Shown one piece after another: positions 1 through 12,568 of a DNA stretch of 64,000 bases. The position numbers and the translations under genes are program-made. The first letter of the stretch is position 1. Every line of letters starts with the position of its first letter. The notes below the pieces were generated by a model, which made no database searches, had not been told where the DNA came from, and saw only the letters and a program-made list of their open reading frames with translations. This DNA is from Octopus vulgaris (Eukaryota): NCBI GenBank assembly GCA_951406725.2, contig OX597828.1, forward strand, positions 71,486,001 to 71,550,000, written 5' to 3'.

Positions 1-221
1 AGGTGATCCTTTAGAATTTCATGTTTCTTCATGTTCCAGACACCTGCTGAATAATAATGAAGTTATTTTACTAAATTCCCTGTTATTTTAAAAATAAATT
101 GAAACAAAGCCTCTTTTTTTTTACTTTGTGGTAACAAAAGAACTTCTGTAGTTTGAAGTGGTTGGACTGTCATTAAATATTTTCTTCTCTTCATTAACAA
201 CAACAAAAAAAAAAGGGTTAA
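1..221. mobile_element. Right part of a piggyBac-like MITE (same family as 20456-20662)
   Basis: Positions ~25-110 resemble ~20540-20630; the segment ends AAAGGG-TTAA at ~212-221. Confidence 0.45.
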
Positions 222-364
222 AATGGAAATTCTTTACAAAACCTCTAATAAATATTCATTCTTCTGCTTTGGCTGTGACTGAGTTGCTTTTTTAATTTTG
301 GGAGTAAAATTGAATATTTTGATATTGTTGGATGATTGTTTTTATAATTGCTATTATCTACCTA

Positions 365-900
365 GTGTCCCCACATGTTTTATAAATCTGCCACATGTGT
401 TGTAATGATTCCAACCGTAAAAAAATACTTCATTGTTTTGTAAACATCACACTGTTTTATAAACCTGCCACATATGTTGAGAATTACAAAACATGTGGCT
501 CTCAACTGGTTTAAAAATCTGCCACATGTCATACCATCCCACTTGTTTTATAACTATACTACATGTTTTATAACCATCCCCATATGTTTTGACTTCTCAA
601 ATGCATAACTATTCCACATCTCATAAATACTCCACATGTTAAAAGTTACTCTACATGTTTTATGATTCTGTATACATTGTATTTCTACCTTACCTCATAT
701 ATAACAACCACACATGTATGATACCCCCCCCAGTTTATCCTACTGTTTATAGTGTTCACTAGGTAGATCACATGGTTCACTTATTAGTTTACATAATTTC
801 CTACATGTGTAATTTATGAACAGCTTACACAGTTCACTGCACACTTTTCACTGCACACTTTTCACTGTTTACTGTACTGTTCACATGGTTTAGTGGCCCA
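365..900. repeat. Degenerate tandem repeat, unit like TTTATAAAYCTGCCACATGT
   Basis: Recurring ccacatgt and tttataa motifs, highly diverged. Confidence 0.5.
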
Positions 901-1028
901 TAGAGGATAGTTAACATTGTTCATTGTTAATGTGGTTCATAATAGAATATATTGTATTTTCTGGCATAAAAGTTGAATTATTCAGACAAAAACTTTCAGT
1001 AAAGATTGTTTGCCAAAATAACATGATT

Positions 1029-1308
1029 GTCCTGGTTTAGGACGAATGTTGCTGTAATTTAGCCCCAGGAGACATTGTCTCCAGCTGGCTATACGACATG
1101 ATCTGTGTCCTTATATTTTCGAACAAGGGAATCTAGCACCCCAACTCAGCTCAAAACAATATCTGTGTATCATGATTTCCAGATATTGTTTTGAGCTGAG
1201 TGGGGGTGCTAGATTCCCTTGTTCGAAAATATAAGGACACAGATCATGTCGTATAGCCAGCTGAAGACGGGGGCTAAATTACAGCAACATTTTATCCTAA
1301 ACAAGGAC
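1029..1308. mobile_element. Foldback/MITE-like palindrome
   Basis: Arms 1029-1165 and 1180-1308 are near-perfect reverse complements with a 14-nt spacer; no clear TSD. Confidence 0.8.
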
Positions 1309-1619
1309 TGCTGCTGAATATCTCTCGTTGTGAGATTTAAGAATAGTAATTTTCTAAAAACTTTCAGCTAAAAACAGTAGGTTTTGACTTCTACACCAAG
1401 ACAATGTTGTAGGACCATGACTTCCATGTGAAATGCAGCAGAATTTGGAAAGATAGGGATGATGTTTGTGTGTGTTGTTTGAATGTTTACATTATATATT
1501 ATGTCAATCTGTTTGCTGAAAAATGCAGTAATTATCTTAGTTTATTGTTAATGAGGTGATAGAAAGTAGTTCACTTATTTTGCTGTAAATATAATTTATA
1601 GGGTAAAAAGCATTGGGGC

Positions 1620-1927
1620 TGCTTCCATGTAATAATCACTGGTATTGGTGCCATGTAAAGAGCTCTGGTACTGGTACCTTGTAAAGAGCTCTGGTACTGG
1701 TGCCATATAAAGAGCACTGATGCCACGTAGAAAGCACTGGTGTTGGTGCCACACAAAAAGCACTGTACCATGTAAAATGCTCTGATGATGGTGTCATGTA
1801 AAAAGCACCCATTACACTCTAAAGTATTTGGCATTAGGAAGGGCATCCAGCTGTAGAAATATTACCAACCCCTGTTGAGCCATCCAACCCATGCTGGCAT
1901 GGAAAACGGATGTTAAATGATGATGAT
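1620..1927 (+). mobile_element. RTE-LINE 3'-end repeat with expanded internal tandem units
   Basis: Repeated ggtgccatgtaaaagcac-like units, then ttaggaagggcatccagctgtagaaa...gttaaatgatgatgat tail. Confidence 0.7.
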
Positions 1928-2364
1928 ATGATTTATATGGCGATATCTAGTTTTCATTGTCGAATCCCTATGAGCACAGTCCATGGTGGACAGTGCACGT
2001 ACAGGTGTAGGTGTTCAGGGAGCATTTAGATGCTCAACCACAAAGGATCATCAAGGAACACATCATTGCATTCAGAAGTAGACTGGATTATGATAACCTG
2101 ATAAACTATGGGGAGCTCTATATATAACAAGTAGCAGACATACATCTATTTGTACACACAGTCTTTTCACTGTGTGTTTGTGTGCGTGTGTGTGTTCAGA
2201 GTCTATGCAGAGCTACAGCAGCAGTAAACAGTGACGTAACCGTTTTACAGCTCAGCTACAAATGATGCCATCACTATTTACGAGGTGGGCTGCTGCCGAT
2301 GTAAACGTTGGTGGCTGTGGCTGCAACAGGTGACATCTCTAATGGTATTTGTTTAATTTTCCAG

Positions 2365-2666
2365 GAAGAGAACAACTGTGAACTGTACCCCGGTGTTAAC
2401 AATGTAGGTAATACCTACTCCCTAAACTCGTTCAATGGTAACGTCCAGGCAGAGAAACAAGCAGCAGAGAAAGACATTGTGGAAACAGCGGCAGTGAACC
2501 CTATGGAGTTCAAGCTGAGGCAGTCGGAATTTATGGAAGCCCAGAAGCAACAGGCTGAATTTATTGAAGCCCAGAAGCAACAGGCTGAGTTTATGGAAGC
2601 TCAAAAGCAACAGGCTGAGTTTATGGAAGCCCAGAAGCAACAGGCTGAGAAATTAGCCGAGGAAAG
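2365..2666 (+). CDS. Putative upstream coding exon of the BTB/POZ gene, with 4x EF(M/I)EAQKQQA repeat
   Basis: Branch-like CTAAT at 2339-2343, acceptor ttttccag|2365, donor AAG|GTTAGT at 2667. The frame is open, has an in-frame ATG at 2503, and ends in phase 2, matching the exon at 6626 (KLAEE-R-QQRQNENK). Confidence 0.65.
2527..2649 (+). repeat. 30-bp coding minisatellite, about 4 copies
   Basis: Units of gaRtttatKgaagcYcaRaagcaacaggct. Confidence 0.9.
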
Positions 2667-3828
2667 GTTAGTAGTCTTGCTATTTAAGTGTGAGATTTGT
2701 TGTTAGTTCAATATTTGATCTAAATTTTGAAGAATTCTCAGTTTTATGCTAAGACTTAGGAAGACTCTTAAAAGGTTTTTCAGAGTTTTCCAAATGTGGT
2801 TCATTGTTTTAGTGGTTTAGTTTTGATTTATTTTCTTGCATTTACTTTTCCTGTCACCAACCCTTAACTTACTCTTTGTCCAGAAAGGGTTTCCTTTTTT
2901 ATTTTTTTTTATTTTGGATTCGAAAAGAATTGAAATGTGTAGAGCTAGCAGATGATTTGCTGACAAAAAATATCAACAGATGTCACCTGTTGCAGCCACA
3001 GCCACTAATGTTTACATCAGCAGCAGCCCACCTCGTAAATAGTGATGGCATCATTTGTAGCTGAGCTGTAAAACGGTTACGTCACTGTTTACTGCTGCTG
3101 TAGCTCTGCATAGACTCTGAACACACACATGCACAAACACACAGTGAAAAGACTGTGTGTACAAATAGATGTAAGTCTGCTACTGTTATATATAGAGCTC
3201 CCCATAGCTTATCAGGTGATCATAATCCAGTCTACTTCTGAATGCAATAATGTGTTCCTTGATGATCCTTTGTGGTTGAGCATCTAAATGCTCCCTGAAC
3301 ACCTACACCTGAGTTCCATACAATGATAGTGGTGAAACATGTGTAGGAATTTTATTATAAACTTGAGTTTATCCTTAGTCCTCCTATATATATATATAAG
3401 ACTAAGTGGAGCAAGATCACACATGAAAACGAAAGGTGTTGCTGAAGAGGTCACAGATGTGTGACGAAAGATTTCCGGACAATGGATATGAGTTAAAATA
3501 ATAAAATAAGAACAGTAATAAACTATTGGAGGAAAAATATATAGTGCGTATGTTTATTAGGCAAAAAAAAAAAATGACCATCCCAAAATACAACAAGATA
3601 TATATTAGTGTTACACCACTGATATATTTAAGCAATGTGTTTGTGAATTGTTGATCAGTTGGATGTGATACTGATGAAAGAGCAATACTTCCTGAAATAT
3701 GCATGTACACTCATTGCCTATTTTCTCTGTCTTTGATTGCATTGTTTATACAGACATATCTGTGGCATGAAATGCTGTAAATGTCAGTGCTGGCTCTGAA
3801 CTCTATAGAAAATCCGTAGAGGTAAACT

Positions 3829-3859
<31 letters not shown>

Positions 3860-4287
3860 TTATATATTTGTGTGTGTGTATGTTTTGAATGTGAAACAAT
3901 GTGTATATGTTAATAATATACACACTGTCTGACAGCTGACAGAATGTTCATTGATGGATGTAAAAACACTGCAGTTGGTGACAGTTAAAAGAATGGGACA
4001 ATTGAAATATGGTGTCAGTTTATTAGTCGGATTTGCTGTTGTTTTGTTTTAACCTGGTGTTGGCTGTCAGCTCTGGTCAGCCTGACCAAACATCACACAC
4101 GATCCAACTGTGACCATTATTCAATGTGTCCTTTTGTTATTTTTTTACTCGTTTCAGTTGTTGGGCTGTGGCCATGCTGTGGCACTGCCTTGAAGAGTTT
4201 ATTCAAACGAATTAACTTCTAGTGCTTATTTCTGTGTCTTTTACTTACTTGTGAAGGTGCATGGCTTCTACTGACGAGTGAAAGTAC

Positions 4288-4620
4288 AGGCGCAGGTGGT
4301 TAGAGCATCGGGCTCACAATCATGAGGTTGTGAGTTCGATTCCTGGACTGGGATGTGTGTGTTGTGTTCTTGAGCAAGACACTTTACTTCATGTTGCTCC
4401 AGTTCACTCAGCTGTAGAAATGAGTTGTGACATCACTGGTGCCAAGCTGTATCGGCCCCTTTTCCTTTCCCTTGGATAACATCGGTGGTGTGGAGAGTGG
4501 GGTGCTGGTAGGCATGGGCGACTGCTGGTCTTCCATCAACAACCTTGCCTGGACTTGTATTTTGGATGGGAACTTTCTAGGAGCAATTCCCTGGTCATTC
4601 AAGACCAAAGGGAGTCTTTA
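4288..4620 (+). mobile_element. tRNA-derived SINE (family shared with 54106-54440)
   Basis: A-box-like GTGGTTAGAG and B-box GAGTTCGATTCC; body nearly colinear with 54106-54440. Confidence 0.8.
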
Positions 4621-4898
4621 CTCTTTTTACTTGTTCCAATGATCTATTTTGCTACACTGGTAGATTACGAGGATGTAAGCAAACCAACAGAGGTTGTCAA
4701 GTAGTTGTGGGAGACAAACACATGCACAGAAAGTGAGTGTAAGCAGAGTAAGAGAGAGAGTGAGTGAGAGAAAGAGTGAGAGAGAGAGTTTAAGGCTTAA
4801 AGATGACAATGTATATAAAGGAACCTCTTTTTGACAGAAGTAATGCAATAATTTGGTTCCCAGACTAAAAGACAGGATCCTGAAATTCTACTTCAAGA

Positions 4899-5282
4899 AC
4901 ACTGCAAACGTTTATGGATTGTGAATGTTCCAAGTTGTTGTTAAAGGGGAGGAGAAAATCCCTTGTGGTGTTCGTTTTGGCCCTTTTCGTGTGAGATTAT
5001 GACATTCTCCCTGAATCGGATGCCAAACCATTGCAGGGTTCAAAGCCAGAGATTTTGAGGGGAGGGTGTGATGTCAGTTACTTATAGGCCATGGAAACTG
5101 GGTAACTGGCCTGTATGGGTCTGGGGTCTCAAGAAAAAAAGGAATATGCTTTATAGAATGAAGCTGAGACGATGCAAGGTTGAACTCAGCACATAAAAAG
5201 GGCCGAAATGAACACCACAAGGAATTTTCTCCTCCACTTTAACAACTTGGAACATTTGCAATCCCTAAACATTTGCAGTGTG
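4899..5282. repeat. Inverted repeat, arms ~4899-4996 and ~5186-5282
   Basis: acactgcaaacgttta...ggcccttt versus aaagggcc...taaacatttgcagtgt; moderately diverged. Confidence 0.8.
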
Positions 5283-6625
5283 CATGAAGTACAATTTCCG
5301 GGTACTTGATTGGTACTTTATTTTATTGACCCTGTGAGGATGAAAGGGAAAGTTAATTTTCAGGGGATTTGAACTTGGAATATAAAGAGTTGGAAGAATT
5401 CTATTAAGGATTTTGTCTGATGTGTTAACAATCTTGCCGTCTTTCCACCTTGTAGAGCAGTGCTTCTCAGCCACGGTTCCCAGAAACACATGTGGCCCTC
5501 AAGCATCCTTCCAGTGGACCCCAACGGTCTTCCCTCAATAAATATAATAAATTCTTCTTTAATTGACTTGTGTTTTACACTTTTTGGTACAGCCCCTTAA
5601 ACGAATCGAGGTTTTTGATCTGGCCTGGATATTAAATTGGTTGATAGTGTGCTGGGTGCATTTTTTTAAGTGGTACCACCACTAGTGAGGTCACCTTATG
5701 ATTGACAGGAAGAACTGGAGAGGTGGGAGAGGTGACTTTAGGTAAGGTGTTGAGAGAAGATAAAGTAAAGGGGCAGGAGGAAAGAGATTTACTGTTGTGA
5801 GAGGCTGGTGGTGGTGGTGGAGAGAGAGTAGCAAGAAGTGACAGTACTGGAGATGGGGAGTTATGGAAAGGAGAGGAGGAAAGAGAAAGGGTAGCAAGGG
5901 TCGAAAAACAGGGGCAGAGCGGTAAAGGTGATGAAGTGGGCTGAGTAGGAGGGGCCTCATCCAGTGCCATTCCACATTGTATAGGTAGATGAATATGGAT
6001 GGGTGGAGTGGATGGAGGGTTGCATGAGAGATGGAGAAGCTATGGGGAGAGGCTCAATGAAAAAAAAGAAGAGGTAGAGTGTTGTAGAGGTGGTCTAGAG
6101 AGAGGAGAGGGTATTGAGGTGGTGGCAGTGTGAGAAGAGAAAACGAGGAGTAAGGGGGTGGATGAATGCAGTGTGAGACAGATGGAGTGTCCTTAGCCAC
6201 CCTCATTACCCGGCTTAACATTCTCTCTTCCATGTCTACCCAAGACTGGATGTTTCTCTCGTACAATTGTATGTCTTCAATTGTCTCAGTTCCTTGTCAT
6301 CTCTTTTACGAGGCTCAGCTTCTTGAGATTGGTTCTCATCATTTCACCTCACCTCCTCCTAGCTTCTCCCCTTCCAAAAGCACCATCTACTTCACGCATT
6401 CAGCACTTCTTATGCCACTGTTGTCATCCATATGCACCACACGTCCATACCAACGCCAGTCTCCTCTCTCGCCAGCCACACTGCATTCCTCTTTCTTCAC
6501 AGTTTCCCTTCCAAGGCCTTTGGAATGTGTTGTTGAAGGATACAAATATTTTGCATCCGGCCTTTTATGCCTGCTTTTTTTTCTTTCTTTTTGTAAACGT
6601 GTTTGTTTTTTGTTCTTTTTTGTAG

Positions 6626-6767
6626 GCAACAAAGACAGAATGAAAATAAAGTATATAAATATATGGTTTTGAATCACGAGAAGAAAATTCTGGAAACTCT
6701 TCGAACGCTTTGGAAAGGAAACCAGTTCTGTGATGCAATGTTGCAAAATGAATGCGTGTCCATTCCA
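6626..6767 (+). CDS. BTB/POZ gene exon (N-terminal part of BTB domain)
   Basis: Acceptor ttttttgtag|6626 and donor CCA|GTAAGT at 6768. Encodes YKYMVLNHEKKILETLRTLWKGNQFCDAMLQNECVSIP, matching the BTB H..L..L......CD..L pattern; in-frame ATG at 6663. Confidence 0.9.
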
Positions 6768-6800
6768 GTAAGTTTCAGCCATTTATTGTAAGATAACCAG

Positions 6801-7250
6801 TCATCACCATCATCATCATCATCATCATCGTTTAACATCTGTTTTTCATACTGGCATGGGTTGGACGGTTCGACTGGGGCCTGGGAAGCCAGGAGGCTGC
6901 ACCAGGCTCTAGTCTGATCGGGCAGTGTTTCTACCGCTGGATGCCCTTCCTAATGCCAACCACTCCGAGAGTGTAGTGGGTGCCAGAGAGGGCTAGCATT
7001 GACCATGATCGGATCGTGCTTTTTACGTGCCACCAGCATGAGGATCACAACTACAATTTCCCATTGATTGTGATTTGATTTGATTTTGATGTACTTGACT
7101 CAATAGGTCTCCTCAAGCACGGCATGTCGCCCTACGATCCAAGGTACTTTTTGAGTGGGATGGTTATGTGACACTGGGGTAGGTTACAGCTGTGAACTCA
7201 CTTTATTTGCTGGGTCTTCTCAGTCACAGCATACCTCCAGAGGTCTCAGT
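6801..7250 (-). mobile_element. 5'-truncated RTE LINE (ORF end, 3' UTR and (GAT)n tail)
   Basis: Reverse complement matches ~35170-35660, including the last ORF codons. Confidence 0.8.
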
Positions 7251-10200
7251 GTCCCAAATAAAGGGCCTTGTGCACACTGCAATGCAGTTGGCACTAGGAA
7301 GGGCATCCAGTCATAGAAATCATGCCAAAGCTGACACTGGAACTTGGTGCAACCCTGCAGCTCACTGTCTTCTGTCAAACTGTCCTACTCATGTCAGTTT
7401 GGGAGATGGACAGGTAAATGATGATGAGGGTGAATCGATTGCTGCTCCAGTTGGGATTCTGATTGGGTTGGTGGCTACCTTTGGGTATTTTAATTTTGTC
7501 TGACTATTGTAGTGAAGAATAATTAACAGGGCCACTTAGAACTGCATTTCTTAATCTGTGGGAAATTTCAAGGGGACATTTAGGAATTCTGGTGTGTGCA
7601 GGGAATTTTGTTTTGGTTAGGAAATTCTTTGTAATCTTTTCTTTACTGTTTTTATTAGATTTAGTTTCCTTAATAATGATTTAAGGATGTTAAATAATTT
7701 AAAATTAATATAAAACCTTTAATATAAAATCTGTTTTATATTGATTTATATACAAGATTATTAATTTTTTATGTTATGTGATAAATTGTCTTGTATACAA
7801 GATTAATCTCTAAATAATAATAGTTGGTATAAAGGGGGAAAGAGAGAGTAAAAGAGCTACGGAGAGAGACTTAGCATAAGACGTGCAGGATGAGTGCACA
7901 TACTAGGCTTGGTGGCAGGCAATGAATAAAAATCTGTTCCTCTCCTCTCTCCATGCACATGCATGTACACACACACACATACTGTGAGAAACAAAGAATC
8001 AGAGACAGAGGATGAGTAAATAACTGAATATTATCGTTTGAAAATTAATATTCATTATCATTTTCTATAAGCACTCAGGAATTTGCTAAAAGTTAAATTA
8101 CAATTATTGTATGTGTGTCACATTCCTTGGTATTATCCAATTACTGATGGCAAATGTATTCTTCAAAAGTTACCAATCATATGATGGGTAACATTCTAGT
8201 GTTAATATAAATTTGTTTATGCTTTGCAATAATGTTGTATAAGATTACTTTGATATAAAGTCATCAATGTTATGCAACAGTGTTGTATGCAGGACTATTT
8301 TGATATAAAGTTTGTTAATGTTAGAAATAGATCCTGTTGGATACAAGACTCAAGCTTTGTGAGAGAAACTTTGTAGATGGAAATTGTATGGAAGCCCTTC
8401 TGACAGACTCTCCCTGTAATTCAAAAGGTCAGCTTTGTCACAGTTATGCTGGGTGTTTTTTTTCCATGAATTGTGTTTAGTATACACATGTCTGGAATAC
8501 TCAGCCACTTAGATGCTAGTTCAGTAATGATCTGTTTACATACAAGAAATACTTCTACCTTACATTTGAGGGGCAGGGGAATTGTAGTGTGCAATACTAT
8601 CCCCCCCCCCCTAAAAAAACCCCCCAAAGGTTACAAAACGTTGGCTGAGAAGTAAGCTCTTACACAAACAATTTCCTCCGTGTCATAATTCTTTGTTTTT
8701 GTTGGTGTTTAGTGTAAAGTGAGCCATGTTTTAAGAGAATTACGATGGAAAATATTCCAAAATAACTTATTTACACCACAAATATATCCAATCCTAAAAC
8801 AAAGTATTCAGACGAGAATAATTAATTCATTTAAGTTCAGAGAAGGAAAGCAACGTTGTCATATTTTTTGGACAAATTAATTCGATTGTTGAAAGAAAAA
8901 ACAAAAAAAAAAAAAAACTCAAGAATTAAAAAAACTAATTTTTGTAGTCCAAGGGAGGTAATTTTTTTCTTTTCGAACGACCCACGAAAAGAAATGAAAT
9001 GAGATTAGTGAGATACTCGTTCAGCTATGGCCTCAACGTTTGAAATTTGGGGAAAAGGGCCACTCAATTAAACTCGTACTTATTTTATAGATCCTGAAAA
9101 TACGAAAGCTAACGTCGACCTGGGCGGAATTTGAACCCGGGCATGTAAAGACAGACGAAATGCCACTGAATATCTTATTTTGTCTTTTGTGATAATGGTT
9201 CTGCTATAGACCAGGGAAATAGCTCTAGGTAACAGTTTGAGGCGGTGGATTAACAGAATCGGTAATCAACCAGATATAAAAGCCTTGAGTTATTTAGTTC
9301 TGGCCCTCTATGTCCCGAGTTCAAACCATGTTGGGGTCAACTTCATTTTCCATCCCTCCAGAGTGATAAAATGAAATCAAGTACGAAAGGGAATCGATTA
9401 ATATTGGTGTGGCTGAAGATCGGAAAGGAATCTTCATAATGCTGCTTGTGCTTCAATGGTGGATAAGGGTTCGAACACCAGTTGCTATTGTATTTTTGTA
9501 TGGGTTAGTGATCCCCACTCCCTACCCCACAGCTATTATTATTAGACAGGGAATAGTATCTGCACTAATAAATATCATCATCATAGATTAACGTCCACTT
9601 TTCCGTGCTTTCATGGGTCCGGCAGAACTTTGGATTTTTTACATCTGGGTGCTGTTCCTGTCTCCAACCCTCACCTGTTCCCAAGTAAAGTCATATTTTT
9701 CCTATGACCAGATATGTTTTTGCACAATATTGGAAATGAATGACACCATATGATGATGATGCTCACTGACAACCAACATGTCATGTCCAGGCAACACTAC
9801 ACTAAAAAACATTTACATATGTATGTGCACACACTCATACATGCATATATATAAAGGTACTACACTACCTTGTTGCTTACTTTGGTTATGTCACCATCGT
9901 TTAAAGCCGACGTTAAACGATGATGATATAACCAAAGTAAGCAACAAGGATATCCAAGGTAGTGTAGTACGGTTGTTTCATGCTACTTCATTTTATTAAA
10001 CACTGTAAGTATTTTCATCAGTTTTTAAAATGTCGAGCAATCTTCAGCCACATATAGAATTTTTTAATTAAATGGACAATGTACATTTTTGATTTATATG
10101 GACAATACCATACCAAATTCTGGTGCCTTTAACTTAAGTACCATATTCATCTGAATCTAAATTTTGCTGAATTTATATATATATATATATGAGAGAAAAT

Positions 10201-10302
10201 GCAGATTATGAAGTTAATAAGAGTTTTTTATCAGCAACAAATTGAACATTATCCCTTAGGGCTGTTTCAATTATACACAGTGAATTAATTAAATATTAAG
10301 TT

Positions 10303-10472
10303 CGTATTTCTGAGCATAATATCTTCAGAGGGAAAAAATATGTCCTTAGATGTTTTATTTGTTTGTTCATGGTTTCATTATAGCAGACTTACTATAAAGA
10401 ATCCATGAAGAAACATATAAAACATCTACGGATACATTTTTTCCCTCTGAAGATATTATGCTCAGAAATATG
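10303..10472. repeat. Foldback hairpin with ~80-bp arms and decayed CTGAAGA..GAAA motif
   Basis: Arms 10303-10383 and 10392-10472 are reverse complements. Confidence 0.85.
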
Positions 10473-10705
10473 ATTAATTGAAAACAATTTGAGTAAGTAT
10501 TACATCTGACAGAATAACAAGAGTGCCAGAAGGTTAAAGACAAAATCCATTCCTACCTGCACCGGGTTGGTTATCGTTGACGACAATTTAGTCAGCTGGT
10601 AACGAAAAGTTGTCTCCCTTACATCCAGTTTTTTTCTACTCATTCTATTACTACCAGGGGCCCAGCATGTATAAAAATTCAATAGACAACATATTCTCAA
10701 TATAT

Positions 10706-10936
10706 ATTTCTTTACTACCCACAAGGGGCTAAACATAGAGGGGATAAACAAGGACAGACAAACGGATTAAGTCGATTACATCGACCCCAGTGCGTAACTG
10801 GTACTTAATTTATCGACCCCGAAAGGAAGAAAGGCGAAGTTGAACTCGGCGGAATTTGAACTCAGAACGTAACAGCAGACGAAATACAGCTACGCATTTC
10901 GCCCGGCGTACTAACGTTTCTGCCAGCTCGCCGCCT
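10706..10936 (-). mobile_element. Full-length tRNA-derived SINE with 12-bp TSD
   Basis: Head GGCGGCGAGCTGGCAGAA..GAGTTCAAATTC on the minus strand; TSD ttctcaatatat at 10694-10705 and 10937-10948; close to the copy at 50124-50353. Confidence 0.9.
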
Positions 10937-10964
10937 TTCTCAATATATTATTTTCTCAATATAA

Positions 10965-11490
10965 TATAGTGTACATTTAAACACAAGAGAAACTGCCTTC
11001 AACAGGCAGCTTTACATGCTAGAAGAAGCAGTCAAAACGACCGAAACCACATTTAAGAGCAATCTTCAAAAGGAATGAAAAATAAAAACTTCTACTTTAT
11101 TTTATTCCGGTCAGACCCTAGGTTTCTAAAATTTTTTTAGCAAATGAAATAATTTGCTTGGCGAATTTTTCATCAGTGGCCGTGCCATAACACTTACATA
11201 ATTAAGAGATGATTAACACGTGTCTCTTCGTTATACATGATAATTTTTCAATTGCTAAAAACATATATGTAAAATATATATAGGGTAGTGAGTTTTTTTT
11301 AAGAAATTTCACTACCAGTGGCCTAGCGTGTATAAAAAGTCAATAGACAACATATTCTCAATACAAAATAGTGTACATATAAACACAAGAGAAAACTTAA
11401 ATGTGGTTTTGATCGTTTTGACTGGTTCTTCTAGCATGTAAAAACTGCCTGTTGAAGGCAGTTTTCTTTTGTGTTTAAACGTACACTATT
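10965..11490. repeat. Inverted repeat (~10965-11056 / ~11396-11490) plus local direct duplication
   Basis: atagtgtaca...ccacatttaag versus cttaaatgtgg...gtacactat; ~11310-11395 also duplicates ~10650-10700 joined to ~10965-10992. Confidence 0.8.
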
Positions 11491-11507
11491 TTATATATAT
11501 ATATATA

Positions 11508-11795
11508 TCACATGACCGACCAGGTTATCAGATGTTGCTACACATCGCTGGTCACAATGCACTTCGCATTGTTTTAGCTTTCAAATGCTGCTGGCTAAGC
11601 GAGCAGGCCAACAGCAGAAGAAAGTGTGATAGACAGCTGTGGCGAAAGAGTACAGCAGGGATCGATACCACCCCCTACTGGACCTTTTTAGGTGTTTTCA
11701 CTCAATAAACACTCACAACGCCTGGTCTGGGAATCGAAACCATGATCCTACGACTGTGAGTCCGTTGCCCTAACCACTGGGCCATTGCGCCTCCA
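11508..11795 (-). mobile_element. tRNA-derived SINE (family shared with 63410-63600)
   Basis: Minus-strand head GGAGGCGCAATGGCCCAGTGGTTAGGG..GGTTTCGATTCCC. Confidence 0.8.
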
Positions 11796-12134
11796 CATAC
11801 ACACACATATATATATATATACACACACATGACAGGCTTCTTTCAGTTTCCATCTACTAAATCCACTCACGAGGCTTTGGTTGACCTGAGGCTATAGTAG
11901 AAGACACTTGCCCAAGATGTCATGCAGTGGGACTGAACCCAGAATTCTGTGCCTACGTACATATACACTCACACACACATTCTTATGTATGTATGTATGT
12001 ATATGATGATGAGAAAATGATGATAATTATGTTATTGTCATCATTTAACACCTGCTTCGCATGCGTTGGTTGTTTGACAGGAGACTGATTAGCTGTAGGG
12101 CTGTGTCAAGTTCTAATGTCATGTTTTATATATA

Positions 12135-12533
12135 TCTTTATATATAAAAGTAAGGTTGTGTGTCTGTCTCCTACGATTTAGATTCCTAACTACTCCCACA
12201 TTTTGCAGTGCAGTTTAACCAAAACTGGGTATCTTATAGTCGTGATTCATATCGAGCCCTTCTGGGTATTAGCGTGCGTCTACGATGAGTCTACGATTTA
12301 AAAAAAAAATTACCATCATTTTTTTCCATTTTAATGCATTTTTTCGCTATTATATAAGGGAAGTAACTCTCTAAAAATGTCTACGATGAGTCAATGATTT
12401 AAAAAAAAATTTACCATAATTTTTTTTCCATTTTTAATGCATTTTTTTTGCTAATTTTTGGCTATAACTCTCTAAAAATGTTTATATAGTTATTTCCCTT
12501 ACAAACCCGAGCAACGCCAGGCGATACTGCTAG
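12135..12533 (+). mobile_element. Non-autonomous Helitron
   Basis: 5' A|TCTTTATATATAAAAG, subterminal GC-rich hairpin CCCGAGCAACGCCAGG, 3' CTAG|T; inserted in an AT dinucleotide with no TSD. Confidence 0.85.
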
Positions 12534-12568
12534 TATATATATAAAATTGTGTGTGTGTATAAATGTTT

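Larger units (their letters stand above)
2002..3311. repeat. Long inverted repeat (arms 2002-2338 and 2978-3311)
   Basis: About 335-bp arms with roughly ten differences by eye; the spacer contains the putative exon 2365-2666. Confidence 0.95.

Noticed and set aside
1620-1800. CRISPR-like repeat array
   Set aside because: Eukaryotic context, no unique spacers and no cas genes; these are tandem units of the RTE 3' UTR.
2092-2145. Hammerhead-like CTGATAA..stem..AGAC in the 2002/2978 arms
   Set aside because: Both core boxes deviate in both arms and no stem I or III pairing is visible.
2002-3311. Pack-type DNA transposon carrying a captured exon
   Set aside because: No TSD or recognisable TIR terminus, and the enclosed exon is phase-compatible with the adjacent gene. 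Not fully excluded.
4288-4355. Functional tRNA genes at SINE heads (also 10860-10936, 50124-50210, 54106-54180)
   Set aside because: Acceptor and anticodon stems are not intact and the heads are fused to SINE bodies.
5632-6672. Overlapping ORFs of 70-168 aa
   Set aside because: Purine/pyrimidine-biased low-complexity DNA with no motifs; only 6626-6767 has splice and domain support.
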